A DNA stretch of 64,000 bases from positions 906-64,905 of the forward strand of contig JBJTUU010000032.1 of the NCBI GenBank assembly GCA_046080845.1. The letters run 5' to 3'. The DNA is from Actinomycetales bacterium (GTDB lineage: Bacteria > Actinomycetota > Actinomycetes > Nanopelagicales > Nanopelagicaceae). A program made the translations under genes and the position numbers. Below, piece after piece: positions 41,884 through 51,787 of this stretch (positions are counted from its first letter, which is position 1; each line of letters starts with the position of its first letter). The notes beneath the pieces are model-generated. The model ran no database searches, had not been told where the DNA came from, and saw only the letters and a program-made list of their open reading frames with translations.

Positions 41884-43933
41884 TTCCTTCACGATCTAGG
41901 TAAGGCAATATGCCACCGAGGTGCAGCGGCCATCCGGCGCCCAGCAGCATGCAGAGATCGATTTCAGAGGGTGTGGCGACTACTCCTTCATCGAGCATCA
42001 TCTTTGCTTCTTCTGCTAACGCGCGAAGCGCTCGCTCTCTAACTTGTTCAGAAGTAGATGGTGAACTTCCTTTTACTACCAGGCTAAGTGCTTCTGGATT
42101 AGGCAGAAGTTTTCCGGTTTCATCTTTGGTGTAGAAAGACTTAACATTTTTCTCAACCAATTTCGAAACTGTCGGAGAAACCTTGTACCTAGGTCCGAGG
42201 TTTTGGTTTAACGTTTTGGATACGTGAAGCGCGACCCCTGGTCCAACTAAGCCAAATAATTCAAGGGGTGACATTGGGAATCCAAGCGGACGTAGCGCAC
42301 TATCTGCAATCTCGTAAGGAGTTCCTTCATCGATGGCATCGGTAACTTCACCCATAAATCGAGTTAGTAGCCGATTCACTACAAAGCCAGGTGCATCTTT
42401 ACAAATAATCATGGTTTTCTTAAGTTCTTTGCCAACTGCAACGGCAGTAGCGGTGGTTGCATCATCTGTCTTAGAAGTCCGCGCAACCTCAAGCAGTGGC
42501 ATAACGGCCACCGGGTTGAAGAAGTGGAAGCCAACCACTCGTTCTGGGTGAGCGAGCCCTTCTCCCATCTTCTCCACCGAGAGTGAAGAAGTATTTGTGG
42601 CTAACACACATTCCGCAGTAATTATCTGCTCGAGATCCTTAAACAATTTCTGTTTTATCGAAAGTTCCTCGAAGACTGCCTCGATGATGAAGTCGCAATT
42701 AGCGAATACTTTCTGATCCACCGAGCCGGAGATTAAACCTTTAAGTCTGCGCGCCCCTTCATCAGTTAATCGTTTCTTCTCGACCAACTTATCAATTTCA
42801 GTATTGATCCAACTAATTCCTTTATCAACCCGAGCTTGATCAAGATCCGTAATTACTACTGGTACCTTTAAATTTCTCATGAAAAGTAGCGCCAATTGGG
42901 ATGCCATTAAACCGGCTCCCACAATTCCGACGCGGGTAACTTTTCGAGCCAGGGCTGCCTTTGGAGCTCCTTCTACTTTCTTGCGCTTCTTCTGAATCAA
43001 ATTAAAGGCATAAAGCGAGGCGCGTAAAGCATTTCCCATAACCAAGTTCGCCAAGATTTCATCTTCTGCATCAAAGCCCTGATCTAGCGTGTTGGTTCGA
43101 GCTGCCGCAATAAGTTCTAGCGCTTTACGGGGCGAATCTATATCGGCGCCACCATATTTCTTAGCCGCCGCAGCTTTTCCAACAAGGATTGCGTTATCCC
43201 AAGCGGCTGCATCTTTGGAGTAATCAATTCTTTCTATCCTATTTTTTCCAGAAAGAATGGCGGCGGCAAAAGCGCAAGATTTTTCAAGGAAATCAGCTGG
43301 CGCAAAGACCGCATCAACTACACCTAACTCCAAGGCGTCTTTAGCTTTCATCATGGTGTTGTTATTCAGTGCGTTCTGAATAATTACTTTTACAGCTCGC
43401 TCTGGTCCAATTAGTTTTGGCAAAATTGTGGCGCCGCCCCAACCAGGTACTAAACCTAAGAAACATTCGGGAAGTGCGGTAAATGCAGTCGTTGCTATGG
43501 TCCGATAGTTGCAGTGCAACCCGATTTCCAGGCCCCCGCCCAACGCCAAACCATTAAGAAAGGCAAAGGTTGGCTTCTTGCCTCGACCAAATCGCTTAAA
43601 TAGATCGTGCCCGTACTTACCAAAGGCGAGCGCCTGGGATTTTTCCTTCACGAAAGGCAGTCCAGATAAATCGGCGCCGGCCGCAAATATGAACGGTTTA
43701 CCGGTAATTGCAATTGCAGAGGAGTCGCTCTGTTCCGCAAGGCTCAAAGTAGCCTCGAGCTCTTGGAGAGATTTTGGTCCGAGTGTGTTGGGGCGAGTGT
43801 GATCCATTCCGTTATCTAATGAGATTAACGATAATTTGCCGTTAAAACCGAAGGCAGCGAGATCAATTTCTCGAAGGAGAGCTTTAGTTACAACTTCTTC
43901 CGGCGCGCTGGCAGGGGCCACTACATCACTCAT
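41822..43933 (-). CDS. fadB: Multifunctional enoyl-CoA hydratase / 3-hydroxyacyl-CoA dehydrogenase
   Basis: Crotonase N-domain plus a 3HCDH Rossmann fold (VGIVGAGLMASQLA). The ATG at 43933 overlaps the fadA stop (TAATG). The ORF-track upstream extension is rejected. Confidence 0.9.
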   Translation of the reverse strand: MSDVVAPASAPEEVVTKALLREIDLAAFGFNGKLSLISLDNGMDHTRPNTLGPKSLQELEATLSLAEQSDSSAIAITGKPFIFAAGADLSGLPFVKEKSQALAFGKYGHDLFKRFGRGKKPTFAFLNGLALGGGLEIGLHCNYRTIATTAFTALPECFLGLVPGWGGATILPKLIGPERAVKVIIQNALNNNTMMKAKDALELGVVDAVFAPADFLEKSCAFAAAILSGKNRIERIDYSKDAAAWDNAILVGKAAAAKKYGGADIDSPRKALELIAAARTNTLDQGFDAEDEILANLVMGNALRASLYAFNLIQKKRKKVEGAPKAALARKVTRVGIVGAGLMASQLALLFMRNLKVPVVITDLDQARVDKGISWINTEIDKLVEKKRLTDEGARRLKGLISGSVDQKVFANCDFIIEAVFEELSIKQKLFKDLEQIITAECVLATNTSSLSVEKMGEGLAHPERVVGFHFFNPVAVMPLLEVARTSKTDDATTATAVAVGKELKKTMIICKDAPGFVVNRLLTRFMGEVTDAIDEGTPYEIADSALRPLGFPMSPLELFGLVGPGVALHVSKTLNQNLGPRYKVSPTVSKLVEKNVKSFYTKDETGKLLPNPEALSLVVKGSSPSTSEQVRERALRALAEEAKMMLDEGVVATPSEIDLCMLLGAGWPLHLGGILPYLDREGISLSVSGQRFHPPGIASLPE

Positions 43934-45141
43934 TATGAGTTTCCTTTTGGTGAGTAGTTTGGGTTCTCCCAGATAACGGTGCCGCCCATACCAAGGCCAA
44001 TACACATTGTGGTGATTCCATAACGGACTTCTGGGTGTTCTTTGAAAGCCTCCGCAAGATTTAGAATCAAACGAATTCCGGAAGAAGCTAATGGGTGGCC
44101 TACGGCAATGGCACCGCCATAGATATTGACTCTCGGATCGTCGTCCTTAATTCCAAAATAATCTAGAAATGAGAGAACTTGTATAGAGAAGGCCTCATTA
44201 ATTTCAAATAGTCCAATATCTTCTATGCCGAGTCCAGCTAATTCGAGCGCTTTCTTTGTTGAAGGAACTGGCCCGTAACCCATGATTTCCGGCTCAACGC
44301 CTGCAAAGGCAAATGTCACCAATTTAGCTTTAATTGGAAGACCTAGTTCTTTAGCTTTCGCTTCACTAGCCAGCAATGCGGCAGTAGCCCCATCGTTTAA
44401 CCCGGCAGCATTACCCGCGGTAACTCTGCCATTAGGTCTAAATGGAGTTTTCAAAGCGGCCAGCGCTTCTAACGTGGTTCCAGGTCGAGGTGGCTCATCG
44501 ATTGTTGCGACACCATAACCTTGTTCTGGATTTCTTACTGCGACCGGAATTAAGTTTGGTTGAATTTTTCCAGCTTGATATGCAGCAGCAGTTTTTAATT
44601 GTGAGTTGAGCGCATACTTATCGGCGCGCTCCTTAGTTAGGTGGGGGAATTTGTCGTGAAGTCGTTCTGCGGTATTTCCCATAGAAAGCGCATCAGTATC
44701 AACAATCTTCTCCGCTAAATATCGAGGATTCGGATCCAATCCTTCACCCATCGGGTGATTACCCATATGTTCAACGCCACCAGCAATCGCCAAGTTGTAA
44801 GCGCCCATATTGATGGCGCCAGCCAGCGTTGTAACCGAGGTCATGGCGCCAGCGCACCATCGATCGACTGAGTAACCAGGTACCGTATTTGGAATCCCCG
44901 AGAGAATTGTGGCGGAGCGACCTATATTCATCCCTTGATCTCCGAATTGAGTAGTCGCTGCAATTGCGACATCATCAATCTCACTCGGGTTTACTTGTGG
45001 ATTTCGCTCCAACAAACCTCGAATACATCGCACAACAATGTCATCGGCTCGGGTTCCTTGATAAAGACTTCCGGCCTTTCCAAATGGAGTACGGACGGCA
45101 TCAACTAACACAACATTGGTACTTACCTTGGCGTTCTTCAT
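43933..45141 (-). CDS. fadA: Acetyl-CoA C-acyltransferase (thiolase)
   Basis: Active-site Cys region (RWCAGAMTSV) and C-terminal thiolase motifs (GGAIAVGHPLASSG, CIGLGMGG). Confidence 0.9.
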   Translation of the reverse strand: MKNAKVSTNVVLVDAVRTPFGKAGSLYQGTRADDIVVRCIRGLLERNPQVNPSEIDDVAIAATTQFGDQGMNIGRSATILSGIPNTVPGYSVDRWCAGAMTSVTTLAGAINMGAYNLAIAGGVEHMGNHPMGEGLDPNPRYLAEKIVDTDALSMGNTAERLHDKFPHLTKERADKYALNSQLKTAAAYQAGKIQPNLIPVAVRNPEQGYGVATIDEPPRPGTTLEALAALKTPFRPNGRVTAGNAAGLNDGATAALLASEAKAKELGLPIKAKLVTFAFAGVEPEIMGYGPVPSTKKALELAGLGIEDIGLFEINEAFSIQVLSFLDYFGIKDDDPRVNIYGGAIAVGHPLASSGIRLILNLAEAFKEHPEVRYGITTMCIGLGMGGTVIWENPNYSPKGNS

Positions 45142-45173
45142 AGCCCAACCCTACTCGCCAGTAGAAGGTGCTC

Positions 45174-46001
45174 TTACTTGGGAGAGGAGGCGACCGCCGG
45201 GGTCTTATTGGGAATTCGAAGGTACCGGGCAATTACCGCAATTAGGTAGCTACCCCAAACCAGGAATTGCAGCCAGGAAGTAGTAGTATCAAAGCCGATC
45301 GTGCCCGCTAATAAGGTTCCAATCAAGGAGTCTGGAGCCATCCAACTCGTGACATCCCAAATGTATGAGCTCTCACCGGGGAGCCAACCGAGTTCTTGGA
45401 ACTCGTGAATAGCGTAGGAGAGGACGCCGGCGGCAACCACGATTAAGGCAACTCCGGTGATGTTAAAGAATTTTGAAAGATTTAAATTGATAGCTCGGCG
45501 GTAGATGAGATAGCCAAGTGAGATTGCCAAGGCAAGACCAATCACTAGACCAACTACTACCGGAGTCTTTGAGCCAACCGTTCTAAAATTTGAATATAAA
45601 AAGAGAGCTGTTTCTAATCCTTCGCGAGCCACTGCAAAGAAAGCGGCTGCGGCAAGCGCCAGTGGTCCAACGACAGCTGCTTCCTCAACTTTGCCCTGTA
45701 ATTCATCACGTAAGGCGCGAGCAGTTCGCTTCAACCAGAAGACCATCCAGGTAACCAGGGCTACCGCAACAATCGAAGTGGTTCCAGCAAAGAAGGTTTC
45801 GCCGCGTTCTGAGAGTTCAGATGAGGTGAAGCCTAAGAAGCCGCCAAGTGCGACGCTAAGCGCGAGGGCCGCGCCCACGCCACTCCAAATTGGGGTGAGT
45901 AGAAATCTACGATCTGTTTTCACTACATAGGCGACCAAGATTCCAACAATCAGCGCAGCCTCAAGGCCTTCGCGAAGCGCAATGAGAAAACTGCTCAACA
46001 T
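45174..46001 (-). CDS. efeU: FTR1/EfeU-family high-affinity iron permease
   Basis: Two REGLE motifs (LREGLEAAL, AREGLETAL) and 7 TM helices. Confidence 0.8.
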   Translation of the reverse strand: MLSSFLIALREGLEAALIVGILVAYVVKTDRRFLLTPIWSGVGAALALSVALGGFLGFTSSELSERGETFFAGTTSIVAVALVTWMVFWLKRTARALRDELQGKVEEAAVVGPLALAAAAFFAVAREGLETALFLYSNFRTVGSKTPVVVGLVIGLALAISLGYLIYRRAINLNLSKFFNITGVALIVVAAGVLSYAIHEFQELGWLPGESSYIWDVTSWMAPDSLIGTLLAGTIGFDTTTSWLQFLVWGSYLIAVIARYLRIPNKTPAVASSPK

Positions 46002-46059
46002 GAGAGAAAGGCTAGAGCGCTGCCGCTATTTTCGCAACTCCAATGTTGCGTAATTCGAG

Positions 46060-47358
46060 TCACACCTGCTCACTCGGTTCCGCCTCGCCATCTGGCTCGG
46101 TTTCGGCTGGTTCCCGGGGCGGTGGTGAAACCTCGCCCCGAGCCTGGCAGAGCGCCGCCAAAGTTAATTCAATCTGCCACTTGCGCACACCATATTTGGC
46201 AAGGGTTTGCGAAACTTCAGAGCGTGATTTTGGGGAGTCCGCAGTTGCAACTTCGCGACCATCATTGAAGAGCAGGCGCTTGAGCGCATCAGGTGAAATC
46301 AAATTTTCCTGCGGAATTGCAAGTTTGGTAGAGATCTCAGCAAGATTCTTTCTCGCGTGCAGAAGTTGCGCGTTGGCGATTGGGAATTTATCGCGCCAGA
46401 TTCTTGGCGCCGGCAACGAGTCGCCGCGAGCTCGCATCTCTGGCCAATTTGTCTCTGGAACTTGATAGGCATTAGTCAAAGTGGTGAGCCAGTGATCAAT
46501 GTAAGAGGTCTGAACCTCATTGCGAATTCTAAATTTCACAATCGGTATCGCGAGGAATTCAGATTTAGTAGCGGGCTTCAATCGCGCCAATTCGATAATT
46601 ACCGCATCATTTAAAAGTCGACCGGGAGCCAGGTCAATTTCACGGGCAACCAGGTCTCTGGCCTCCCAGAGATTTCTGATAATTGCTAGCTCAAATCGGG
46701 ATCGAATCTGATGAATCCCAGAAGTGCGTCGCCAAGGTTCGGATCGAGGGCGCTGCAGCTCCATCTCAAGTGCGGCCGCAAACTCTGCCTTTGCCCATTC
46801 CAATTTACCTGCAGCGCTCAGGGATTCTTCTATTTTCTCTTTGAGGTCAATCAATACCGCAACATCAAGAGCGGCGTAATCCAACCATTCACTACGAAGC
46901 GGTCGAATCGACCAATCTACTGCGCTATGTTCTTTTGCCAAGGAAATCTCTAAGAGCGCTTCACAAAGCGGGGCTAGCCCAACCCTGGGAAAGCCAGCTA
47001 AGCGAGCGCCGAGCTCGGTATCAAATAATTTACATGGGTTAAGTCCAAATTCTCGAAGGCAAGTTAGATCCTGGCTACTTGCATGAATGATGCACTCCTG
47101 GTTGTGAATTAACTGATCCAGCTCCCTAATTTGAGCGGAACCTTGAAGCGCAATTGGGTCTATTAGATGCAGGCCTCCGCTTCGACGATTTAATTGAATT
47201 AGATATGCGCGGGCGCTGTAGCGAAAACCGCTAGCGCGTTCGGCATCTATCGCGATTGGGCCCTCGCCAGCCTTGAGCTGTGTAATCGTGGCAGCTAGCT
47301 GACTATCGGTTTCAACAAGTTCGGGGGTGCCACTATCTGGGGCCGTCAACATTCGCAT
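46060..47358 (-). CDS. rnd: Ribonuclease D-like 3'-5' exonuclease with HRDC domain
   Basis: DEDDy exonuclease motifs (IAIDAERASGFRY, HASSQDL, YAALDV) plus an HRDC-like region. Adjacent to dxs as in mycobacteria. Confidence 0.75.
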   Translation of the reverse strand: MRMLTAPDSGTPELVETDSQLAATITQLKAGEGPIAIDAERASGFRYSARAYLIQLNRRSGGLHLIDPIALQGSAQIRELDQLIHNQECIIHASSQDLTCLREFGLNPCKLFDTELGARLAGFPRVGLAPLCEALLEISLAKEHSAVDWSIRPLRSEWLDYAALDVAVLIDLKEKIEESLSAAGKLEWAKAEFAAALEMELQRPRSEPWRRTSGIHQIRSRFELAIIRNLWEARDLVAREIDLAPGRLLNDAVIIELARLKPATKSEFLAIPIVKFRIRNEVQTSYIDHWLTTLTNAYQVPETNWPEMRARGDSLPAPRIWRDKFPIANAQLLHARKNLAEISTKLAIPQENLISPDALKRLLFNDGREVATADSPKSRSEVSQTLAKYGVRKWQIELTLAALCQARGEVSPPPREPAETEPDGEAEPSEQV

Positions 47359-47401
47359 TCGTTACCTATAAATTCTCAAGAATGTAGTTCAAAGTATCTA
47401 A

Positions 47402-47959
47402 TTAATTTCTTGGCCCAATTGAACTAACACCATCTGTAAGCGGCGTTAACCCGGCCGCAACTTCAAGCAACCTGGACCAGGCGCTGAAATGTCGCTCCAA
47501 ATGATTGGCAGCAACTGGAGTCCAAGACGCTCGGATCTCGATCTCTGCGGAATGCTCAGTCTCTGACATCTGTCCGAAAGATGAACTGGAAACTCGAGTA
47601 ACCGTACCGCTAGTAGCTCTGCTTTCGGCACCGCTCTCTTTCAAGGCATCGAGAAACCAGGTCCAAGCAACATCGGCAAGGATTGGATCTGATTGCATCT
47701 CACTCTCAATTGCAGATCTGACAAAAGTTACGCAACGAAATGTGCCTGACCAAGCTTCTTGTTCATTCGGATCGTGCAACATCACAAATCTTCCCGTTGC
47801 TACATCATCGCCGCCAACTACGAGGTCTGCGCTAAAAGCGATGGAGAATGGCGCCAATTTCGCAGGCGCTGGCACCTCAGTGACCGTTATCTCCGGGCGA
47901 AACCGCATAGCGCGAGCATCGCTACAGAACTTTTGAAATTGCACACTGTCTTTTGCCAC
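47402..47959 (-). CDS. DUF3000-like conserved actinobacterial protein
   Basis: 185 aa. Its conserved position next to rnd and the pattern RFVMLHDP...W.GTFRCVTFVRA-like...IRASWTP are recalled for this family. By-eye assignment. Confidence 0.55.
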   Translation of the reverse strand: MAKDSVQFQKFCSDARAMRFRPEITVTEVPAPAKLAPFSIAFSADLVVGGDDVATGRFVMLHDPNEQEAWSGTFRCVTFVRSAIESEMQSDPILADVAWTWFLDALKESGAESRATSGTVTRVSSSSFGQMSETEHSAEIEIRASWTPVAANHLERHFSAWSRLLEVAAGLTPLTDGVSSIGPRN

Positions 47960-48031
47960 TTGCTAAGGGTAGGAGAGCGAATTCATTAGGAGCGGAAGGC
48001 GCGTGGAACTTGATTCAGGTAAGTTGCCTGG

Positions 48032-48883
48032 GTGGGCTCTATTCTCGCACTTTTCTCTAGTTTGCTCTGGGGGACGGCTGATTATCTTGCTGGAAATCTC
48101 TCAAAGAAATTTCAGTCGCTTGCAGTAACTGGCGTCTCGCAGTTCTTCGGACTTCTCTTTGGAGTAAGCGCATTAATTGTTACCTCGCTTTTTGGTAAAG
48201 ATCTAATTGCGCCAAATTTTCATTTCGATGGCTATTTTCTTCCGGGAGTCGTCGCCGGCATTTCTGGATTTATTGGCCTATTGTCCTTCTATACCGGTTT
48301 GGCAACCGGGCGGATGGGAGTAGTAAGTCCAATTGCTGCGTTGGCTGCAGTGATTCCACTTTCAGTTGCATTCATTGGGGGCGAGCGTCCTAGCACATAT
48401 CAGACTATCGGGTTGAGCGTGGCGCTGATTGGTGCATTTCTAGCAAGTGGACCTGAAATTAAAGGTGGACTACCAATTAAGCCATTGGTGTACGCGATCA
48501 TCGCAGCTTTAGGGTTTGGTGGCGCATTAACTTTTATCGCAATCGGAGCAAAAGTTGATGCCCTGCACACAATGACAACTATGAGATTTGCTTCAGTAAG
48601 TATCTGTGTTCTAATTGCGGTTCGCGCTAAATCACTTGGTGGATTTTCTAGGCTAGAACTTCCAACTCTTATTTTTGTAGGAATCGCTGACTTTTTAGCA
48701 AACTTTCTCCTTGGCGTTGCAACTACTAAAGGATTAGTTTCAATTGCGATGGTATTAGGTTCCCTATTTCCAATTGTGACCTCGATCTTGGCTTTTCGTT
48801 TCCTCGGTGAGCGACTTCATCGTGTTCAATACTTCGGAATAGCATTTGCGGTCTTTGGCGTCGCGCTAATTTCTGCTAATTAG
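48032..48883 (+). CDS. EamA/DMT-family transporter
   Basis: 283 aa, GTG start, about 10 TM helices in two EamA-like halves. Confidence 0.75.
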   Translation: MGSILALFSSLLWGTADYLAGNLSKKFQSLAVTGVSQFFGLLFGVSALIVTSLFGKDLIAPNFHFDGYFLPGVVAGISGFIGLLSFYTGLATGRMGVVSPIAALAAVIPLSVAFIGGERPSTYQTIGLSVALIGAFLASGPEIKGGLPIKPLVYAIIAALGFGGALTFIAIGAKVDALHTMTTMRFASVSICVLIAVRAKSLGGFSRLELPTLIFVGIADFLANFLLGVATTKGLVSIAMVLGSLFPIVTSILAFRFLGERLHRVQYFGIAFAVFGVALISAN

Positions 48884-49416
48884 GCGCGGTGCCACTCTTC
48901 AAAAGTTACATCTTCTAAAACCTCACTCTTAGTGAGGGAATAATTTCTGGTGAGCTCGCTTTCATCAAGAAAATCGGCATCGCCTAGCTTTGGACTCCTT
49001 GTCAAAAAAATTTCATCAATTTCCCCGAACTTAATTAAATCAAATAAGAAATTTAAACCGCCTTCGATAAGAATGGAATTGAATCTGTATCTCGCTTCTT
49101 TCACCAATTCACTTGGTGATAAATTGTGAAACTCCACTCCGGGAGATTGATCTCCGGCAAATCTCGTGGAGACTAGAATCGGTATCGCAAGGCCGTTATA
49201 GGGTTCAGATCTGAAAGTGTTTCCTCCAACAAGAATTACCTCAGCGTTAGCCCTAAGTTGATGAAATCGTTGGCGGTCTAATTTGTTGCTCAACGCGCCC
49301 GAGCTGCCCGCCAAGGTGGTAGCACCGTTCCGGGCAACAACCAGGTTGGCCCGAACCAGTGACATAGTCGCAACGGTACTGGCGATGTCAGTGGCCACCC
49401 TTATCTTTTGAGCCAT
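48880..49416 (-). CDS. RibD C-terminal-domain / dihydrofolate-reductase-like reductase
   Basis: Pattern ANLVVARNGATTLAGSSGALSNKLDRQRFHQLRANAEVILVGGNTFRSEPY is typical of pyrimidine-reductase-like proteins. Start ambiguous: 49416 (MAQKIRV) or 49365 (MSLVRANL). The ORF-track start 49551 is unlikely. Confidence 0.65.
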   Translation of the reverse strand: MAQKIRVATDIASTVATMSLVRANLVVARNGATTLAGSSGALSNKLDRQRFHQLRANAEVILVGGNTFRSEPYNGLAIPILVSTRFAGDQSPGVEFHNLSPSELVKEARYRFNSILIEGGLNFLFDLIKFGEIDEIFLTRSPKLGDADFLDESELTRNYSLTKSEVLEDVTFEEWHRA

Positions 49417-49615
49417 GATAATTGATTGCGACTCTTGTGTAGTAAGAGATGTGAAATGCCATGATTGTGTGGTCTCGGTTCTAATTGGCGCTCCGCCATC
49501 GGTGGGGAGCGAAGAGACTCGAGTAATTGACCTCCTTGCCTCTCGTGGCATGGTGCCGCCCCTTAGATTTGAGCTCCAAGGCGACTCTCAGCCTGGAAAA
49601 TCACGTTCAGGTTGA
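49415..49615 (+). CDS. Small Cys4 protein of unknown function (hypothetical)
   Basis: 66-aa ORF MIIDCDSCVVRDVKCHDCVVSVLIG... with CxxC-x7-CxxC, followed by IDLLASRGMVPPLRF. No homology search was possible, so coding status is uncertain. Confidence 0.35.
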   Translation: MIIDCDSCVVRDVKCHDCVVSVLIGAPPSVGSEETRVIDLLASRGMVPPLRFELQGDSQPGKSRSG

Positions 49616-49647
49616 GTCCTTATAGCCATCGCAGTTAGGTTAATCGG

Positions 49648-50661
49648 ATGGCAAGATCAAAGAAGTTGGTCTTCGCGCTCTCGAGCGCGTTAATCGTGAC
49701 CTTATCTCCCTCTGCGGTCGGTGCCCCTAATGCAGATCTACTTCGTGTCCGTGCCGAAGTTGAACGACTTCAAGAAGATGCCGCAGAAGCTGGCGAAAAT
49801 GCCCAAGCTGCAAAGATTCAATTAGCCCGCCTCCAAAAGCAGTTGAATTCTGTGCAACAAGAAGCGGCCAGCCAGAAAGAGAATGTTGACCAGATAAAGA
49901 AATCACTCGCCTCGATTGCAATTGCTAGATACAAATCAACTGGACTGGGTGAGAGTATCGAGCTTCTATTCTCCTCAGATCCGACTTTGTATCTTTCGGC
50001 TGCCGGCTCACTAGAGAGCGTGACGAGAAAGCAATCTTTAAAATTAAAGAAATTTGCAATTGCAAAGCAGAGACTTGATGCTACTTCGCTTGCAGTTGGC
50101 GATAAGTTAAGTCTAGTTCGCGCAGCAGAGGCGCGATATCGAGCTCAAGCAGCTCAAGTAGAACAGAAATTAGCTGCTGCGGAAAAATTACTTTCAAAGC
50201 TAGAAAAGGCCGATCGCGAACGACTATTAAAGCTACAGGCGATGGATGAGGATGAACGACAGAAATATTCAGAGGAACAGGCAAGATTGGCTAATTCAGT
50301 TTCGGGCAGAGCTGGTACCGCCCTGCGATTTGCAGTAAAGCAAATTGGCGATAGCTATGTTTGGGGAGCCGCAGGACCAATTAAATGGGATTGTTCTGGA
50401 TTAACCATGCGCGCATTTCAACAAGCTGGAGTTGGATTGCCACATTCCTCAAGGGCGCAATATCGGTACGGGCGACCAATAGCTAGAGGAAACTTGTTGC
50501 CAGGTGATTTAGTCTTTTTTGGAAATCCCATTTCCCATGTAGGTATCTATATCGGAAAGAGCAAAATGGTTCATGCGCCACGGCCAGGAGCTAGAGTTCA
50601 GATAGCAGAATTCGGTAACTTCTTCGGACGGAAGAAATATGTCGGTGCCCGTCGCCTCTAA
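49648..50661 (+). CDS. Secreted NlpC/P60 peptidoglycan endopeptidase with N-terminal coiled coil (RipA/RipC-like)
   Basis: Signal peptide, long coiled coil and a C-terminal NlpC/P60 domain (YVWGAAGP..WDCSGL, HVGIY, HAP). Confidence 0.9.
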   Translation: MARSKKLVFALSSALIVTLSPSAVGAPNADLLRVRAEVERLQEDAAEAGENAQAAKIQLARLQKQLNSVQQEAASQKENVDQIKKSLASIAIARYKSTGLGESIELLFSSDPTLYLSAAGSLESVTRKQSLKLKKFAIAKQRLDATSLAVGDKLSLVRAAEARYRAQAAQVEQKLAAAEKLLSKLEKADRERLLKLQAMDEDERQKYSEEQARLANSVSGRAGTALRFAVKQIGDSYVWGAAGPIKWDCSGLTMRAFQQAGVGLPHSSRAQYRYGRPIARGNLLPGDLVFFGNPISHVGIYIGKSKMVHAPRPGARVQIAEFGNFFGRKKYVGARRL

Positions 50662-51787
50662 GAGAGCGACTCGAGTACTTCTAGTAACCAATGATTTTGG
50701 GCCACGCGCAGGTGGTATTGAAACATTCATCATCGGTCTCTTAGAGCGAATCAAAGGTTGTGAAGTTCTCGTCTACACCTCTGCCCAGAGCGATGCCGTT
50801 ACATATGATAAAAAATGGTGGAAAGATTTTGATATCAAGATCATCAGAGATCGAAGCCGGATTCTTCTGCCAACTCCAAGAGTTATCTCTCAGTTACGTC
50901 GCTTAATCCGAGATCATCAAATCGAAATCATTTGGTTTGGTGCGGCGGCGCCACTTGGTATCTCCGCTAACTGGTTACGGCTACCTACCGTTTCTCGAAT
51001 TATTGCCCTCACTCATGGGCATGAGGTCTGGTGGGCAAAATTGCCACCGTTTTCCTGGCTACTAAGGTTTAGCGCAAGGCAGATCGATCACTTTGGATTC
51101 TTGGGAGATTTTACCGGTCGCCAGATAGCTAAATCCGTCCCCAAAGAAAAATTGGTAAAGGTCGCCCCCGGCATTGACACAAAACATTTTCGAAAACGTA
51201 AAACAGATTTAAAGAAAAAATTAGGAATATCCAAACAACCTGTGATTATTTCAGTTGGTCGATTAGTGCATCGAAAAGGTCAAGATAGATTGTTAGAAGC
51301 GCTCCCGCTCATCAGGCAGGAATTTCCAGATATCCAATTATTGATGATAGGTGAGGGTCCGCACAGAACCGAACTCGAGAAAATAGTTAGAAAATTAGAT
51401 TTGAAAGCAAATGTGAAATTTCTCGGGAGAGTCCATTATGAAGAGCTTCCGGAATATTTATCGATTGCAGTTTTCTTTGCGATGCCGGCGCGTGATCGAT
51501 TATTTGGGCTTGAAGTTGAAGGTCTGGGAATTGTCTATCTGGAAGCCGCCGCCTGCGAGTTGCCGGTTCTTGTTGGAAAATCCGGTGGCGCTCCCGATGC
51601 TGTCATCGATGGCAAAACTGGCTTTGTGGTCGATGGCAATAGCGTCGCAGAGATCGCTGAGAAGTCTCTTGAATTACTTCGTAGCACCAAACTGCGTCGG
51701 GAATTTGGAAAACGCGCCCGCAAATTTGTAATTGAGGAGTGGCGCTGGGAGATCTGGGCGAAGCGATTTAATCAATTACTCAATTAA
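50639..51787 (+). CDS. GT4-family glycosyltransferase (PimB'-like mannosyltransferase by synteny)
   Basis: GT-B fold with EX7E-type motif (EGLGIVYLEAAACELPVLVGKSGG). The RipC-like / GT4 / FadD15-like order matches the mycobacterial locus. Confidence 0.8.
   Translation: MSVPVASKRATRVLLVTNDFGPRAGGIETFIIGLLERIKGCEVLVYTSAQSDAVTYDKKWWKDFDIKIIRDRSRILLPTPRVISQLRRLIRDHQIEIIWFGAAAPLGISANWLRLPTVSRIIALTHGHEVWWAKLPPFSWLLRFSARQIDHFGFLGDFTGRQIAKSVPKEKLVKVAPGIDTKHFRKRKTDLKKKLGISKQPVIISVGRLVHRKGQDRLLEALPLIRQEFPDIQLLMIGEGPHRTELEKIVRKLDLKANVKFLGRVHYEELPEYLSIAVFFAMPARDRLFGLEVEGLGIVYLEAAACELPVLVGKSGGAPDAVIDGKTGFVVDGNSVAEIAEKSLELLRSTKLRREFGKRARKFVIEEWRWEIWAKRFNQLLN

Noticed and set aside
43934-44005. 24-codon upstream extension of fadB overlapping fadA
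   Set aside because: The ATG at 43933 overlaps the fadA stop (TAATG), the typical coupling arrangement. The extension would lie inside the fadA coding sequence.
46043-46465. 140-aa plus-strand ORF opposite rnd
   Set aside because: The minus-strand frame carries the DEDDy/HRDC motifs. The plus-strand product is low-complexity.
47505-47936. 143-aa plus-strand ORF opposite the DUF3000-like gene
   Set aside because: The minus-strand protein shows the conserved pattern and synteny next to rnd. The plus-strand frame is Ser/Ala-rich with no features.
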